Shown piece after piece: positions 25,645 to 38,751 of a stretch of DNA of 64,000 nt (the stretch's first letter is position 1; every line of letters begins with the position of its first letter). The position numbers were made by a program, and so were the translations under genes. Origin of the DNA: Trypethelium eluteriae (taxonomy: Eukaryota); NCBI GenBank assembly GCA_051942245.1, contig JAVECL010000026.1:1-64000 (forward strand), written 5' to 3'. Under the pieces are notes generated by a model, which was given only the letters and a program-made list of their open reading frames with translations, was not told the DNA's origin and did no database searches.

Positions 25645-27387
25645 ATGTGGCTCCTCTTTCTTGGAATCTGTGCAACTTTGTTTCTCGCGAGAAGTTTTTA
25701 CCGGCTTTATCTCCATCCCCTCCGCCGCATCCCTGGGCCCAAGTTGGCCGCCATTACACACGGCTATGAGTTTTACCACGATGCAATTCGCCATGGGATG
25801 TATATCTGGGAAATCGAGAAGATGCACCAGAAATACGGTAAGCAGCTCAATGAAAATGAACGGAATATCTTTGACAAGTATCTACGGGTCCGGTCGTGCG
25901 CATCAATCCTCGCGAAGTCCATATCAAGGATCCCTATTACTATGATGAAATCTATGCCTCGGCTTCCAGAAAACGAGAAAAAGACTCCAAGTTTGTCGGT
26001 GTTTTCGGCTTTCCATATTCAATGATTGCAACTGTTGGACACGACCTGCATCGATTTCGTCGGGCACTGCTCAATAACTTTTTTTCTAAAAAGTCGGTGC
26101 TGGAACTGTCTGGCCTCATGCACGAGAAAGAGTCGATACTCATGCGACGCTTCGAAAAGGCGCATCGAGACAACGCTGTGCTTCACTTGGACGATGCTTT
26201 TGCTGCACTGACTGCAGATCTGATCGCGCAGTATTCTTGGGGTGTAAGCTCCGGGTTCTTGGACGATGAGAATTTCAAGAACGACATTAGACAAGCTCTC
26301 AATGAGATTTCTGCCTTCGTTCACGTTAATCGATTCTTCCCCATACTCTCGACAATTTTAAGGGCAGTGCCACGGTGGCTTTTAGCTAGACTTCGACCAG
26401 GGGCTACAGCTGTGCTTGATATGCAGGATGTAGTGGCTCAGCAATCTACTACTGAGAAGAAAGCTTCGTCGAGGAAGACGATCTTTGACGCCTTAAATGA
26501 TCCCAGCGTGCCACTAAAGGAGCGGTCACCTCGTCGACTTGAAGATGAAGGGTTGATCGTGGTCGTTGCAGGTACCGAAACTACAGCAAGGACACTGACT
26601 TTGGCGGCCTTTTATCTTTATCAGAACAAGCCTCTCTTACAGAAACTTCGTGAAGAGCTTCGGCCTACTATGCCCACTCCTACTACCGAGGCATCCTGGC
26701 CACAGCTGGAGCAGCTTCCTTATCTTGTAAGTTTCCAACTCCTAAGATACACAGACTGCCAATTCTGACCAATTTTGTTTGGCTAGAATGGTGTTGTAAA
26801 CGAGGCCATTCGACTTTCTTATGGGCCCATATTTCGATCCACACGGGTTGCACCCACAGAAGCTCTGAAATATAAGAACATTGTAATCCCACCAGGAGTA
26901 CGCTGCCTACCCAATTTCATCAACTCAAGATCATAAGTTTGCTGACATATCCACTTCGCGCAGACACCTGTGAGCATGTCCAGCTATTTCGTCCTTTCAG
27001 ATCCAGAAGTATTTCCTGATCCAGGAAGCTTCAAGCCTGAGCGCTGGATTCGAGCTGCTGAACAGGGTCAAAACCTTCAGAAGTTCCTCGTCTCCTTCAG
27101 CAGGGGAAGTCGGATCTGTCTTGGTATGAAGTAAGTCCATTTCCCTCCTATGTTCTGATTGAATTCTACGGCACTATCTCCAATGCGCTATGGGCTGATT
27201 ACCCTTATACAGTTTGGCCTACGCGGAATTGTACATGACGATAGCCTCCTTTGTCCGCCGTTTTGACATGGAACTTTATGAAACTACATTTGACAACATC
27301 CGCGTTGATCGTGAATTGGGGATCGGACAGCCGAAAGAAGGGGATTTCGCAGTACGAGCCAAAGTCACCAAAGTCATTGAGGATTGA
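25645..27387 (+). CDS. Cytochrome P450 no. 1 (CYP58/Tri4-like clan), 5 exons; intron-1 acceptor is non-canonical
   Basis: TM anchor, HPLRRIPGPKLAA, VRINPREVHIKDP, AGTETT (I-helix), EAIR (ExxR), KPERW and FSRGSRICLG (heme Cys). Confidence 0.92.
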
Positions 27388-28109
27388 GTTCACCATCCCT
27401 TGATGCAAGGCGAAAGTATACTGGGTGTTCAAGGCGGAGAAAGCAATGAAGGACTTGTCCATCGACAACCACAGAGCATTTACCCAGAATATTATCAGGA
27501 TCGCGAGATAGATCAGGGCATATTTTAAAAAGTCACTCTGGGAGATTATTCATTTTCCCTGTCTGCAATGTGAATTGTTCAATCATTGGTGTGGCCTCGA
27601 GGTTACGATCAATTATTCGAGCCGGGATCACTGTGATCGAAACCACGAGCTTGTTAAATACCAATAGTTCTTCATCATGAGCATAAAATTTCTTTAACAG
27701 TCCCGCAGATCTAAACCCCAATGCAGCACACGTGAGCGCAAGGCCGGGCTACGTAATGATAGCTGATGCAGATTTGCTTGCTCCGAGATGTTCAGTCATT
27801 CCCATGATGTGTTATGAGCGATGTAAGGGATTTCTACAAGATTGGCTCCAAGCCGAAGCTCAATGCTGTCGGAAATCGGCGAATGCGATGCGATTACTCA
27901 GTACCTTCATTTCACTCAAGCTCACCGAAAATTTCAAGGAACCTGGAAGGCCAACTTTGAGTCATCTTTTGTCAGGACTCTGGGCGAGAATATGGATTTC
28001 TAAGAGCGAACGAAGATGAAAGATGGAAGCTAGATATCAAACCTGAGGCTAAAATCTTAGCCATGCATTTGAGGAATATGCACGGTCCTTTCGCAATCTC
28101 TCTCCCAAA

Positions 28110-28620
28110 CCGGACGTCATCAGCGGCACAGGACAGAGACTTGCCTCCGTCATTCGCCCGAGCCGGCACGCCTAGATCCCACCATCCTCCGTCTCCTCAG
28201 GGTCCGGACGACTTCTTCCCGGACAGACTCCTTCTCTCAGGCCTTCGCTCTATCAATCTACCCCAATTGGCATGCGCACGCGCCCTTCACCGACTCTTGG
28301 GTTGACTTGGTGGCATAGTCTGACCCCGGACTACACTTGTTCGTCAGATCATGACTAAATCAGTTTTTCATGCATCTTGCAGCAACCTGGAGACGGCCTT
28401 CAAGCCGGTAGGGTGAAGAATGAAGATAAGCTGCGCGGCTCTCAAGGCCTAATTGCCGTCCTGCATGCACATCAGCATCCAGCTCTACGTTAATGATTGA
28501 CCAGTCAAGATATTACGAGATACGAGATACGAGAAATCGTAGCCGGTGAGTGAACTTTCATGTATTGTAAGTTTCGAATCAATACGCTGGCTGCCAGTAA
28601 TAATTCTGAAGCCGGACTGT
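28110..28620. promoter_or_regulatory. Five CCGGAC motifs upstream of P450 no. 2
   Basis: CCGGAC at about 28110, 28204, 28219, 28326 and 28612. The 10-mer CCCGGACAGA is identical to one in the MFS promoter. Confidence 0.45.
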
Positions 28621-28759
28621 CGATCATGGCTTTGCACGGCCTGGCGAGCAATATAGTTAGACAATTCCACCTCCTGATTTCTACACTTTACTGTGAATAC
28701 TGTTGTGCTGCGCTCTCCTAGTACTCAATCTCGGTTTCAGCACCTACTGGCCTCGAATC

Positions 28760-30506
28760 ATGGTTCTATACTACGTGTTGGCATTCCTCCTGTATCGCCT
28801 TGGAAAGATAGTGTACAATCTCTATTTCCATCCACTGCACAAGTTCCCAGGACCTAAACTTACAGCTGCTACGCATGCATATGAGTTCTACTATTCCATT
28901 GTGAAGGATGGACAATTTATATGGGAGATCGAAAAAATGCACAAACAATATGGTATAGCAGAAGGACCCAGAAACCCAAACTCTATTCTGTGTGGCTGTG
29001 CTAATATCGTTAAGGTCCTATCGTGCGCATCAATCCCCGTGAACTCCACATCAGCGATCCTTCTTTCTACAATGAGATATATGCCGGTAATCCTAAGAAG
29101 GTTGATGGTGACTTGCCTTTCACCCGATCCACAGGTGTATCCAAATCCATGTTTGCTGCCAATGAACATAATTTGCATCAGTTCCGTCGAAACATTCTCG
29201 CAAATTTCTTCTCTAAACGGTCGATCACAAATATCCAGCCTCTCATTCAGGACAAAATCGAACGGCTTATAAAGAAGCTAGAGGAAGCTCGTAATGATGG
29301 CAGCGTGGTCAACCTGACCACACTATCGGCTGCTTTCACCGCAGATACAATTTCCCATTATACATATGGCGTTTCCTTGGGATGTCTGGACGGCCAATCA
29401 GAGAACATCCTGACAGATGCAACACAAGCTGTGCTTTCATTTGGACATTGGCTCCGCTTCATACCTCTAAGGTTCTCAAATATGAAGAAACTGCATCCTC
29501 GGTTTGTTGAGAGCACCTTCCCGAAAGCGGCGACAGTTCTCAAGACGCACAGAAGAATCAGTGCTCTTGCATTAGAAGTGCTCAATGCGAAAGAACCCAA
29601 ATCTTCCAAGGAGACCATGTTCACGGCACTCGCAGACCCTGAGCTACCTGCCGAAGAGAGGACGCTTGCTCGTCTAGAGGATGAAGGATTTGTTGTCCTT
29701 GCAGCTGGGACGGAGACCACGGCATATTCTCTGAGTGTGACATTGTACCACTTATTGGCCAATCCGGACATACAGTCACAACTATACGATGAAGTCAAGA
29801 ATGTGATGCCTGAGCCATCAAGTCAACCTCCATTGGCAGTACTGGAGAACCTACCTCTACTCGTAAGTGTCTCCTTAACTGTGCTCGAGCTTACACGGTC
29901 AACCACTTGCTGATTACATACAGAGGGGAGTCGTCAACGAAGGTCTTCGGCTATCCATGGGTACCTTCACTCGCCATCCTCGCGTTGCGCCTGATCGTGT
30001 TCTACAATACAAGGATTGGACCATTCCAGTCGGCGTAAGTGGAACAGAGCTTTATCCCAAGAGTTGTTCTAATGCCGGAACAGACTCCGTGCAGTACCGC
30101 CACTTACTTCGTCCATACAAATCCGGAAATATTCCCCAATCCCACGACCTTTGATCCTTGGCGTTGGATTCGTGCAGCTGAGCAAGGGCAACACCTCGAG
30201 AGCCAGCTGGCGCTGTTCTCCAAGGGGTCCAGGGCATGCCTTGGGATTAAGTAAGTCTTAGTAACTTCTGTTCCTTATACACATGTTACTATTCCTTTGA
30301 ACCACCCCGACTAATTGTCCTCACACTGGTACAGCATGGCCTATGCGGAGTTATATATGACAATCGCAGGGTTGATTCGGCGAGTCAAGATGGATCTATA
30401 CGAGACCACTGTCGATTGTGTCACACCGTTTCGAGACCATCTCATCGTCGTTCCAAAGGATACAACAGGTGTAAGGGCAATCGTTACAGCAATCAATACT
30501 TCGTAA
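28760..30506 (+). CDS. Cytochrome P450 no. 2 (CYP58/Tri4-like clan), 5 exons
   Basis: [40 protein letters not shown] and [10 protein letters not shown]. Four introns at the same protein positions as in P450 no. 1. Confidence 0.94.
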
Positions 30507-31899
30507 GCTCCGAAGGATCACTTCAAGATGCCATATGCCTCATCTTGACCCCACTGTTGAAGGGTACGGAATGGACAATTTGGGATTGAAACTTAAAAGG
30601 GATCGTCGCTCGCCGTCATGTGGCCAATCAAGCTTCACATTGGTTCAGCCCCACCCGATGAGCCACGAGGTGAGTCTTGGTAGGAACTGACTTGGGGTGC
30701 CTGCTTGCTATCTGATGATTTGACGTTGATCAATTTTAAATCTGTTTTTGATTCGATAGCTTCGTTCATCTAACACTGTTTGCACCATGTGCAATGGCTC
30801 TGACGCAAAACACCCGTGCTTCAGGATTCACAATCTCTAATGCAACACTACCTAGAGCACGTCATACATCCTACACCGTGTTTTCGGTGGTGCGCAATGC
30901 GGTCGGATACTGCTTTTCAGTGAAAGAGCTCGAATTTGTCTGGACACGCCATACATTCGCTTTGTCCCAATGTGACGTCGCAGCAGAGTAGTCCAGAGCT
31001 GTAGTATTTTGCGTCTCGCCCCTTCATACCTGACTATCCAGCGGATGCTGATCATCGGCACACTCGAACACATGTCTACTAGAGTGTAGGTGACAAGATG
31101 TTACTGCAATTCGCGTTCAAGGGTTCTGGTATTCGCTGCGGAAGTCGTGGCTGGGCTTGGACCTGAAGGTCGAAGCGGGGTAGCATAATGAGCGTCTCGG
31201 AGTCTCATAATTTGGACCTTGCCATGTTCTAGTGCATTGGCGGCTGTTTAGAGTTGCAAGAGTATGGCCATGAGTACTGGTATTTCTTGTGACCTAAATT
31301 TCCATGCATCGCGGCGACTTAGTGATACGGGTATCCTATTTCAACATCGAGGTATTTCCATCGAGGAGACCGATCTTTCGGTGATTCTTTCTTTGCCACT
31401 TAAGCCGGTGGAAGATAATTGCTGTTGGGAAGCACTGTAGTAAATCGGTCAGCAGGCCGCTCGTGAACAGCTACTCTACCCACGTTGAAGAGGAGATCCC
31501 AGTATTCGGGCTAGGTGGTGCGTTTATGCTATCGATTTCTTCATTATGCGGCCCACTTTACCAAGTGTTCGGCGGAAATTATGTTGCAAAGACAATGGTT
31601 GTTCTCGGGTATGGTGGCCCACCCTCTGCTTTTTTCGAGAAAGTCTTCAGATTTTATCCAAAATGGGATGAAGACGATCATGCGACGCTAAATGATGCAT
31701 TTTGTAAGATAGACCAGGGCGACTGTCATGGAGTAGCTTGAGAAAAAGGAAACCCCAAGAAATATCCCTGGTTAATGTCCGTCAGTCTTGCCGACCGAGG
31801 TAAGAATCCAATGAAGTGATATGTTCAGGCACCTGCGGCAAGCACTTGATGCTGCCCGCCATGGAGATGCTAATTGGATGTTGCTGGACACGAAAAGCT

Positions 31900-33117
31900 T
31901 TAAGATTTGGCATGTATCGTAATTGACAGCGGTGATCTTGCCCTCTCTGTCGGCTTCTTACCCGGGCTTAGCCCATCAGAGCCTATTTCTTCCACAACAG
32001 CTTCCTCAAAGTCCCCGTCTGCGCGCCGCAGATACCTAAAGCCACGTCTATGTGCTTGAGTGACAAACTTGCGTATTGCGACCACAGTCAAGAGAACACA
32101 GAGAATAAACAGAAAAGGATGGTGATCCGCAGTCCACCAGAAAGAGTTCCAGCCATGGCTGAACGAACCGATTTTACCAAGGTAGTCCCACTCCCAATCC
32201 CGAAATGAGACATGATGAAGGCCGTTAGAAGAATGTAACAAAGATTCCCTAATATTGCGGCAAGAATTTTCCATATCTCTCGGACGAGCATCGCAGCGCT
32301 GTATTGATTGAATGTCTTTGATCTGCAGTCGAGGTCGGAATTGTTCTTGTTCGAGGACAAGTCGAACAATACGTTGGTCGCGAGCATCAAGTAGGAAATC
32401 GTGGCGGGTATTCTCGTGCCAGTAAGTTATACCAACGATGTCAAAGGTTAGATGCGTGCGCCGCGACCCTCGGGCGGATTGCAGCGTTTCGTCAAACGAC
32501 AGTACATAAGTACCGAACCTCGTGCCCATCTTCCACGAGTCGTCCAGCATCTGGTAATCGGCAATCTTTTCCAGAAGCTCCCTGGATGCGTTGGCTTCGA
32601 CCTGGTAGGCTCGGAGCCCTGATGCCTGGGATTGTAGCGGAAAGACCCGTTTGCCATTAAGCAATAGTGAAAGTTGATCAGAGGTTAAAGTAAAGTTCAA
32701 AAGCTACAATAAACTCGTCAATATGCAGAGAAAAACAAAAACGCCTAGGCGGGATAGCTTCCGAATCATCGGAGTGGCTTGAATGAAAGCTATGTCTTGG
32801 GGTTGGAGCCTTACAAGAGAATTGGGTCGACCTGGCTCCTCGTACTGATCCCAAGTACCTACGGTGGAGCCGCGGATGTCAAAGGGACAGCCAAGGCAAT
32901 CAAGTTTTACGATGTAACTCATACTACGCCTTAGCTCAGTGACTGAATTGGCGATCTCCGGGATCTCGAAGCCATGCGCCAGGAGTTCACTTTGTGTTAG
33001 GTCATATTGAAAAGCCCATGATATGTCTCCCGGGTCATCGTGAACGCTGTGATGACCCGAAACGGTGACAGCCAAACTGATGGTCAAGAAAAGAAGCCAT
33101 CTACACGAAAGCAGCAT
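31900..33117 (-). CDS. Uncharacterised fungal type I membrane protein (signal peptide, lumenal CxxC, C-terminal TM)
   Basis: Signal MLLSCRWLLFLTISLAVTVSG; KLDCLGCPF; intron at about 32704-32814 joins to LLNFTL...LLLNG; TM FLFILCVLLTVVAI followed by basic residues. Confidence 0.75.
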
Positions 33118-35706
33118 GAAGATCTAAGAGATATGTGTACGATAGTGAGAAGCAAGCATTGTCAAATGTGTAGTTTGAAGGTTGAGTTGGAGACGGAAAA
33201 GCGGTTTCACCCATGTTTCTTGTTGCTGAGTCGATCATCCAATCAGACTCCGACTTTAGTGTGCTCTACTCCGTATTTGAGACGCGTCCACAACGCGTCC
33301 AGCAACTCCATTATTCACAATAGTCTGACAATTGAGTCGCAGCGATCTCGATAGAAGGCTAGGCAGTTTTGAATAGGTCCCGTCTGAGTATTGGGCACGA
33401 TCATTCGGGTTCGGTAATATTTCTGCAGTGCCGCGAATGATTTTCACGGGATCGATCATTTTAGTATGTCTAACTACTCTATCCTCTGCAGCAATGTAAT
33501 GGAGCAATCCTTATTTGACTTGGCTTACGCAAGCCGATATGATAAGTTTCTGTTCGATCAGGGCCTTATGACACGTCAGTGCCTCATAGCGAGTCACCAC
33601 ATCAACAGGCATATTCCTGTCCAGCCAAGATAGCTGGATAAGTTCGCCAACAAAGGGAGACACCGTGCACAAGCCATCTACCTTCGCATACGAAAAGGTG
33701 CCGGCAGATCTGGGTGTGCTATCATATGAAGCGGGACTAGTCGTCAATGAGACGACATCGGACTCGGTGGAGATAGACATGCCACAGCGACCCTTCACGA
33801 TATTGGTCTACTAAACTTATCTCGCAATTTGCTGTGGAGTACTCCTTATGAATGGACAACAGGACCTATCTTACAGGACAGCATTGAGCATGAGGGCTGA
33901 CATCTCAAGCACTCGGAGCGCGTGGGAAAAGATTTACCATAACAAAGGGCGTTTCAGAAAATCAGACGAATTCGCTAGGGCCTTGCAATCTAATTACCAG
34001 GACGCTGAGTGAACAGCTGTCAGGACATAGCTTCCTACATTAGGAATCGATTGGTAACCTGCTGGGAATAGATGCATTCATAAACTATTGCCTGTCAACT
34101 ACCGAAGACTGGTAAAGTCCCCGCGTCCGTGAAGGAAGATCTGCATTTTGAAACCTTGCAGACACGCGAGACGAGAGATCGGGGTTGCAAGGGGAAAGGC
34201 ACCGCGCGGCGGCACCTTCGGTATCTCTTAGAATATAGTTTGATGACGATTCAAAGATTGTATATGCTTGATCAATATGCGCGGAATAGTGGACGATGCT
34301 GCAGCAATGATCGGCAGGGTGCAGAATGGTATTTCAACCTGGTGGATGGTCTTGGGGCGAGATGGTGTCATCTCGTGCCGCCAGGGATATGAAGAGGCTT
34401 TCGACCACGGCGAGGTGGCGACATGGGGTGATGGGGTTCGGGTTTGATCTTGTATTATAGCAACTCATGAAGGACTGTGTGAAATGAACGTTCAGATTCA
34501 CGGTGCGCTCTCACAAGGACTCCAGCATGCAAGCGCGGCAAAGTCGAGTTTTATCCAGAAGGATTGAGAGATAATGGATAATAGCTGGGGCTTCCCGACC
34601 TGTCCCAGTAGATACGAGATCAGCCGTACTTCAGCCTTAGCTCCCACTGCCCGGAAGGGACACGTGGGAAGGGAGTTTCCGGACCGCGTCACACCAGGTC
34701 GACCTTGCACAGTTGCTCGTTGAGGAGCACTGGGGGTGGGGGCCTGGATGATGCCTTTATGTGCGTCTGCTAGGTCTGTAGATCTTGCATTATTGCTGCT
34801 GCGTGCCGAGCCAGTACGCGCCCGGCCAATGCGTGTGGGTCTAGACGTTGTCCAACAGGAGTCAACTCTTGGAGCGGGTGATGACCTGCGTCGTCCTTCG
34901 TACGGCAAGAGGCTTCGGCTCGCATCCTTCACAAGGCGGTGGGGTAGCATCATGGATGCACATATGGGCTGAATTGGGGTGGACGGGGTGATGGGGAGCG
35001 CTGTTGTTCGTCTGCCCGCTGCTAATGTTATCACCCTTCCTGCCCATCTCCCTGGTCCCCTGCGCCGTCCCAAAAGTACTTGTTGTACTCCGTAACGCTC
35101 GTAGTGGCTGAGAGGCGGCCTTTGCTTTTTACAGCTACCAACTTACCTCTCTCAAATTACGGTCGCCTCTCCTCGTCACCCCCCTTTGGCCCCAGGTCTT
35201 CCACCTCTCCCTCTAGTGCTTCGACCAGTCGCCCACAGGCAACAGCGCACCAGTGCGACAATTCAGGCGCTGCCGTTCAACGGCCCGCGATCCTTTTCGG
35301 AACCCCTCCGACGTGATTGAAGCACCCAGCCTTTGACATCATCCAACACCGGTGCCTCCTCCACCATGCAAGGCATTTGAGCAGGAGCTTCAACATCCAA
35401 TAATATTGTTAACCCTTTTTATTGTCGTCAAAAAGCCCTATTGTGCTCCCCAAAGCTCAACTCTGGGTTATTGTCCGCCGTTTAGTGGACACAGCTGAAG
35501 GAAACACAGCCGCAGCACACCCTGGCAATCCCCCATCAGCCGGGACTTCGGTCAGCCTCTAAGTTCTTGTAAGTCGCCCGCAAAGACATGGGACCAGTGA
35601 TTTGATAATTTGCCCTATGCGACCGCTGATTCCTGCCATCCATAGCATTTGAAGCTTATCGTCCTTCTTCTGAAACACTACCATCTCAAAGTATCGCATT
35701 CCGTTG

Positions 35707-37011
35707 ATGGCCCCAGGTGTCATGATGTGTTTCGGCAGGAAGGCTGAAGATCCTGATGTGAAGAAGAACGAAGAAATTGAACGCCAACTTCGGTTGGACA
35801 AGAAAAAAGCACAGCGGGAGGTCAAGCTGTTGCTGTTGGGTCTGTGATACATCCTGTTACGCAAAGAAGTCACTGTCGTTGTCGCTAACATGGTGCAGGA
35901 GCTGGCGAGAGTGGAAAGTCAACAGTACTCAAGCAGATGCGCTTGATAAATCATGGCGCCTTCCAGAAGCCCGAAAGGAAACAGTGGAGGGCAATCATCT
36001 TCACTAACCTCGTGAATGCATTCCAAGTTCTACTCAGCGCCATGTCAGAGCATGAAATCGAATTTGAGAATCCGGAAAACATTGTAAGCTCGATCTTCTT
36101 CGACCTGGCTTGGCATTCGATTACTAAGTCTTCACAAGAAATTCTCAGAAGTTATTCCCACAGAGCCAGAGATAAGCATTGATGACCCCATGCCCATGCA
36201 GTGTCTCAACGCATTTACGGCTCTCTGGAGAGATCAAGGAATACAACTGGCAATCAAGAAGGGCAATGAATACGCCTTACATGATAACTTGAGCTAGTGA
36301 GTCTGCCGTTGCTCTAACATTAGTTACCTATGTCGCTGAATCATTCGCCACAGTTACTTCACGGACATCAACCGGCTATTCGCAAAAGATTACCTGCCTA
36401 CCGACCAGGACATACTGAGGGCACGCTTGAAAACAACTGGTATCAGTGAGACGATTTTCGAAACTGGCAATCTAACGTATAAAATGTTCGATGTCGGAGG
36501 TCAACGATCAGAGCGAAAGAAATGGATACATGTGTTCGACAACGTTCAGGTTGTCTTATTTCTGGTTGCTATCAGTGGCTTTGACCATGTACTAGTGGAA
36601 GACAGGAATGGGGTACGTATGACATTTGGCAAAGTCGTGATTCATCGCTGATTATTGGGTCAGAATCAAATGCAGGAAGCCCTAATGCTCTTCGAATCTA
36701 TCGCCAACTCCAAATACTTCGAACGATCCGCGCTGATATTGTTCTTGAACAAAATCGACCTTTTCCGAGAAAAGCTTGTCTCCGGTCAAAGCAGTGTCAA
36801 GACGCATTTCCCAGACTACACCGGCAGCGATACGGATACTAAGGCAGCTCAGGAGTTCTTTGCCGAGAAATTCCGAAACCTCCTTCGACAGCCAAATAAG
36901 GACGTGTACGTGCATTATACGAATGCTACGGATACGGACCTTCTGAAGAAGACAATGGCGTCGGTCCAGGACATGATCGTACAGCGTAATCTTAATGCCC
37001 TCATATTATGA
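35707..37011 (+). CDS. Heterotrimeric G-protein alpha subunit, fungal class II (GNA-2/MagC-like)
   Basis: MCFGRK N-terminus without the MG myristoylation site (true start may be 35722 or 35725); KLLLLGAGESGKST, RLKTTG, DVGGQRSERKKW, NKID and TNATDT motifs; four introns. Confidence 0.93.
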
Positions 37012-37565
37012 TGATTGGATGAGTTGGAGAAGAGACTCTGGTATCTTTGGGAGGATTGGGTTATGTCATAAGCCCATCCAAACGTTATTGACGGAATGCT
37101 GGATTTTGTGATTGGGGACTTGGGACCACAGTGGCGCATTGGATCTCTTTTTGGAATTTGCGTGAGGAGATCGAGTGGGATGGGCGGACAGAACATGATC
37201 GCAGATGCGGAGTAGCGATAGTGCATTTGCGATGTTAATACAGCGAGATTAGTGCTTATGGATCAACTTGGCATTACGAACCGTAAAGTCCGAGAAATCG
37301 AGCTCGCCAATGCATTAGGTACTTTCAAAAGGTGTTGTACGGGCTCAGGTACGCGCCTCATTCTGGTGGAGTGCAGACCTCAGGCATCTAAGGTATTACT
37401 ACATGCGTTGCTTCGGTCCCGTCCCGAACGTCAGGTGGGATACGATAGGTGGTACCTTATCCACATCCCACGTGATCTTCCGCCAACGGTCATATCCAAC
37501 CTCAACCTCTCACTTGAGTAAGGCAAGGTATCTTGCAGTGAGACAGTTGCTCTCCAGCGGTGGTC

Positions 37566-38751
37566 ATGTCCCTGCAAGTATCTCGAGTCCACCGTATAGT
37601 GCGCACACTTTGCTCTGGATCGCCCACGTCGACTGCTTGCACTGCTTCACGAAATACAGTCGCAGGCTTTTCTGCACCCCTACAGCGTCAACCACACCAA
37701 CGCCGACAATCTTCCTCTAAAACCTCGATCTCTCCTGATGTAACGCCTACTGCAAGTCCTCAGCATGGTTCAACAGACGAGACTCCGGCGAAGGCTTCGT
37801 CAAGCCGCATCACTCGCCGTAGATCAAAAAATTCTTCGGCGTTAGCCTCAAAGGATAAAGAGAGCACTCCAGTAGGGTTACCCATCGTGCCTCCTACAAA
37901 TCATTTAAATCAGCATGGTACTAAAACCTCATCCTCTTGGTGCGTGTATCGGGCTCTGACTTAATCGCTTAGATGTTGGGCTTTCGTCCTTTTACTCTCA
38001 ACACCGGCCAATCTCATTAAGCGCGTCGACTCCACCTCAAACCTCCCCCAACGCATTTGACAAACTCTTCGAGAAGAAGTCCAGGAACTCAACGATAGAT
38101 GTTGTTGACACTCTTACCCATGCTGTGCAAATTTATGAGGATCGTGCAAAAGTTTTAGAGGCGAATGGAGTTCGCTTTGAGATCAGAGAGACCGCTGCCG
38201 ACCAAAATCGACAACCAGACCGTAATCCTTTCCAACAAGAGTTCCGATCGATGTCTCTCGAAGAATATGTTGCCCGTTTCAGACCTTATGTTGCACCACC
38301 TCCACCTGAGCCAATGCAGGCCGCTGAGAGACCGGCGAAGCGCAATGCAGCATCAAAGAGGCAGAAGAGCGTGGCAGATACTGCTGAAAATATACCTCGT
38401 CAGACATCATACAAGACGACGATCTTAGTCACTGAGTCTGTTCATGCCAACGGCCAGAAAACTTACACGGCCTCTACATCACCACTGGAAGAGGTGCATA
38501 GCTCACCAAATGCAAAGGTCATTCCACCGGAAGAGGCGAAGCGTGATCCGAGTCGTCAACCATTTCTTGAGAGAATGAGAATACGACAGCGGAAACTGGA
38601 TGAATTTCGTCAAGGGCGGCATCGGGGATTGTACGGGAAAATGCTCTTGATCAGCGTGAAGCGACAGCGGAAGTTGAAGATGAAGAAACATAAGTACAAG
38701 AAGCTAATGAAGAGAACGCGGAACTTGCGGAGGAAGTTGGATCGGAACTGA
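37566..38751 (+). CDS. COX24: Mitochondrial mS38/Cox24 family protein (DUF1713 C-terminus)
   Basis: Presequence-like N-terminus with HQRRQSSSK; C-terminus ISVKRQRKLKMKKHKYKKLMKRTRNLRRK; one intron at about 37918-37972. Confidence 0.85.

Noticed and set aside
30507..31899. ORFs after P450 no. 2 (e.g. 31463..31741) as an additional cluster gene
   Set aside because: Non-ATG start or short length, with no recognisable motif.
33118..35706. ORFs and short uORF-like ATGs upstream of the G-alpha gene
   Set aside because: Composition fits a long divergent promoter/5'UTR; transcript starts are unknown, so uORFs cannot be supported.
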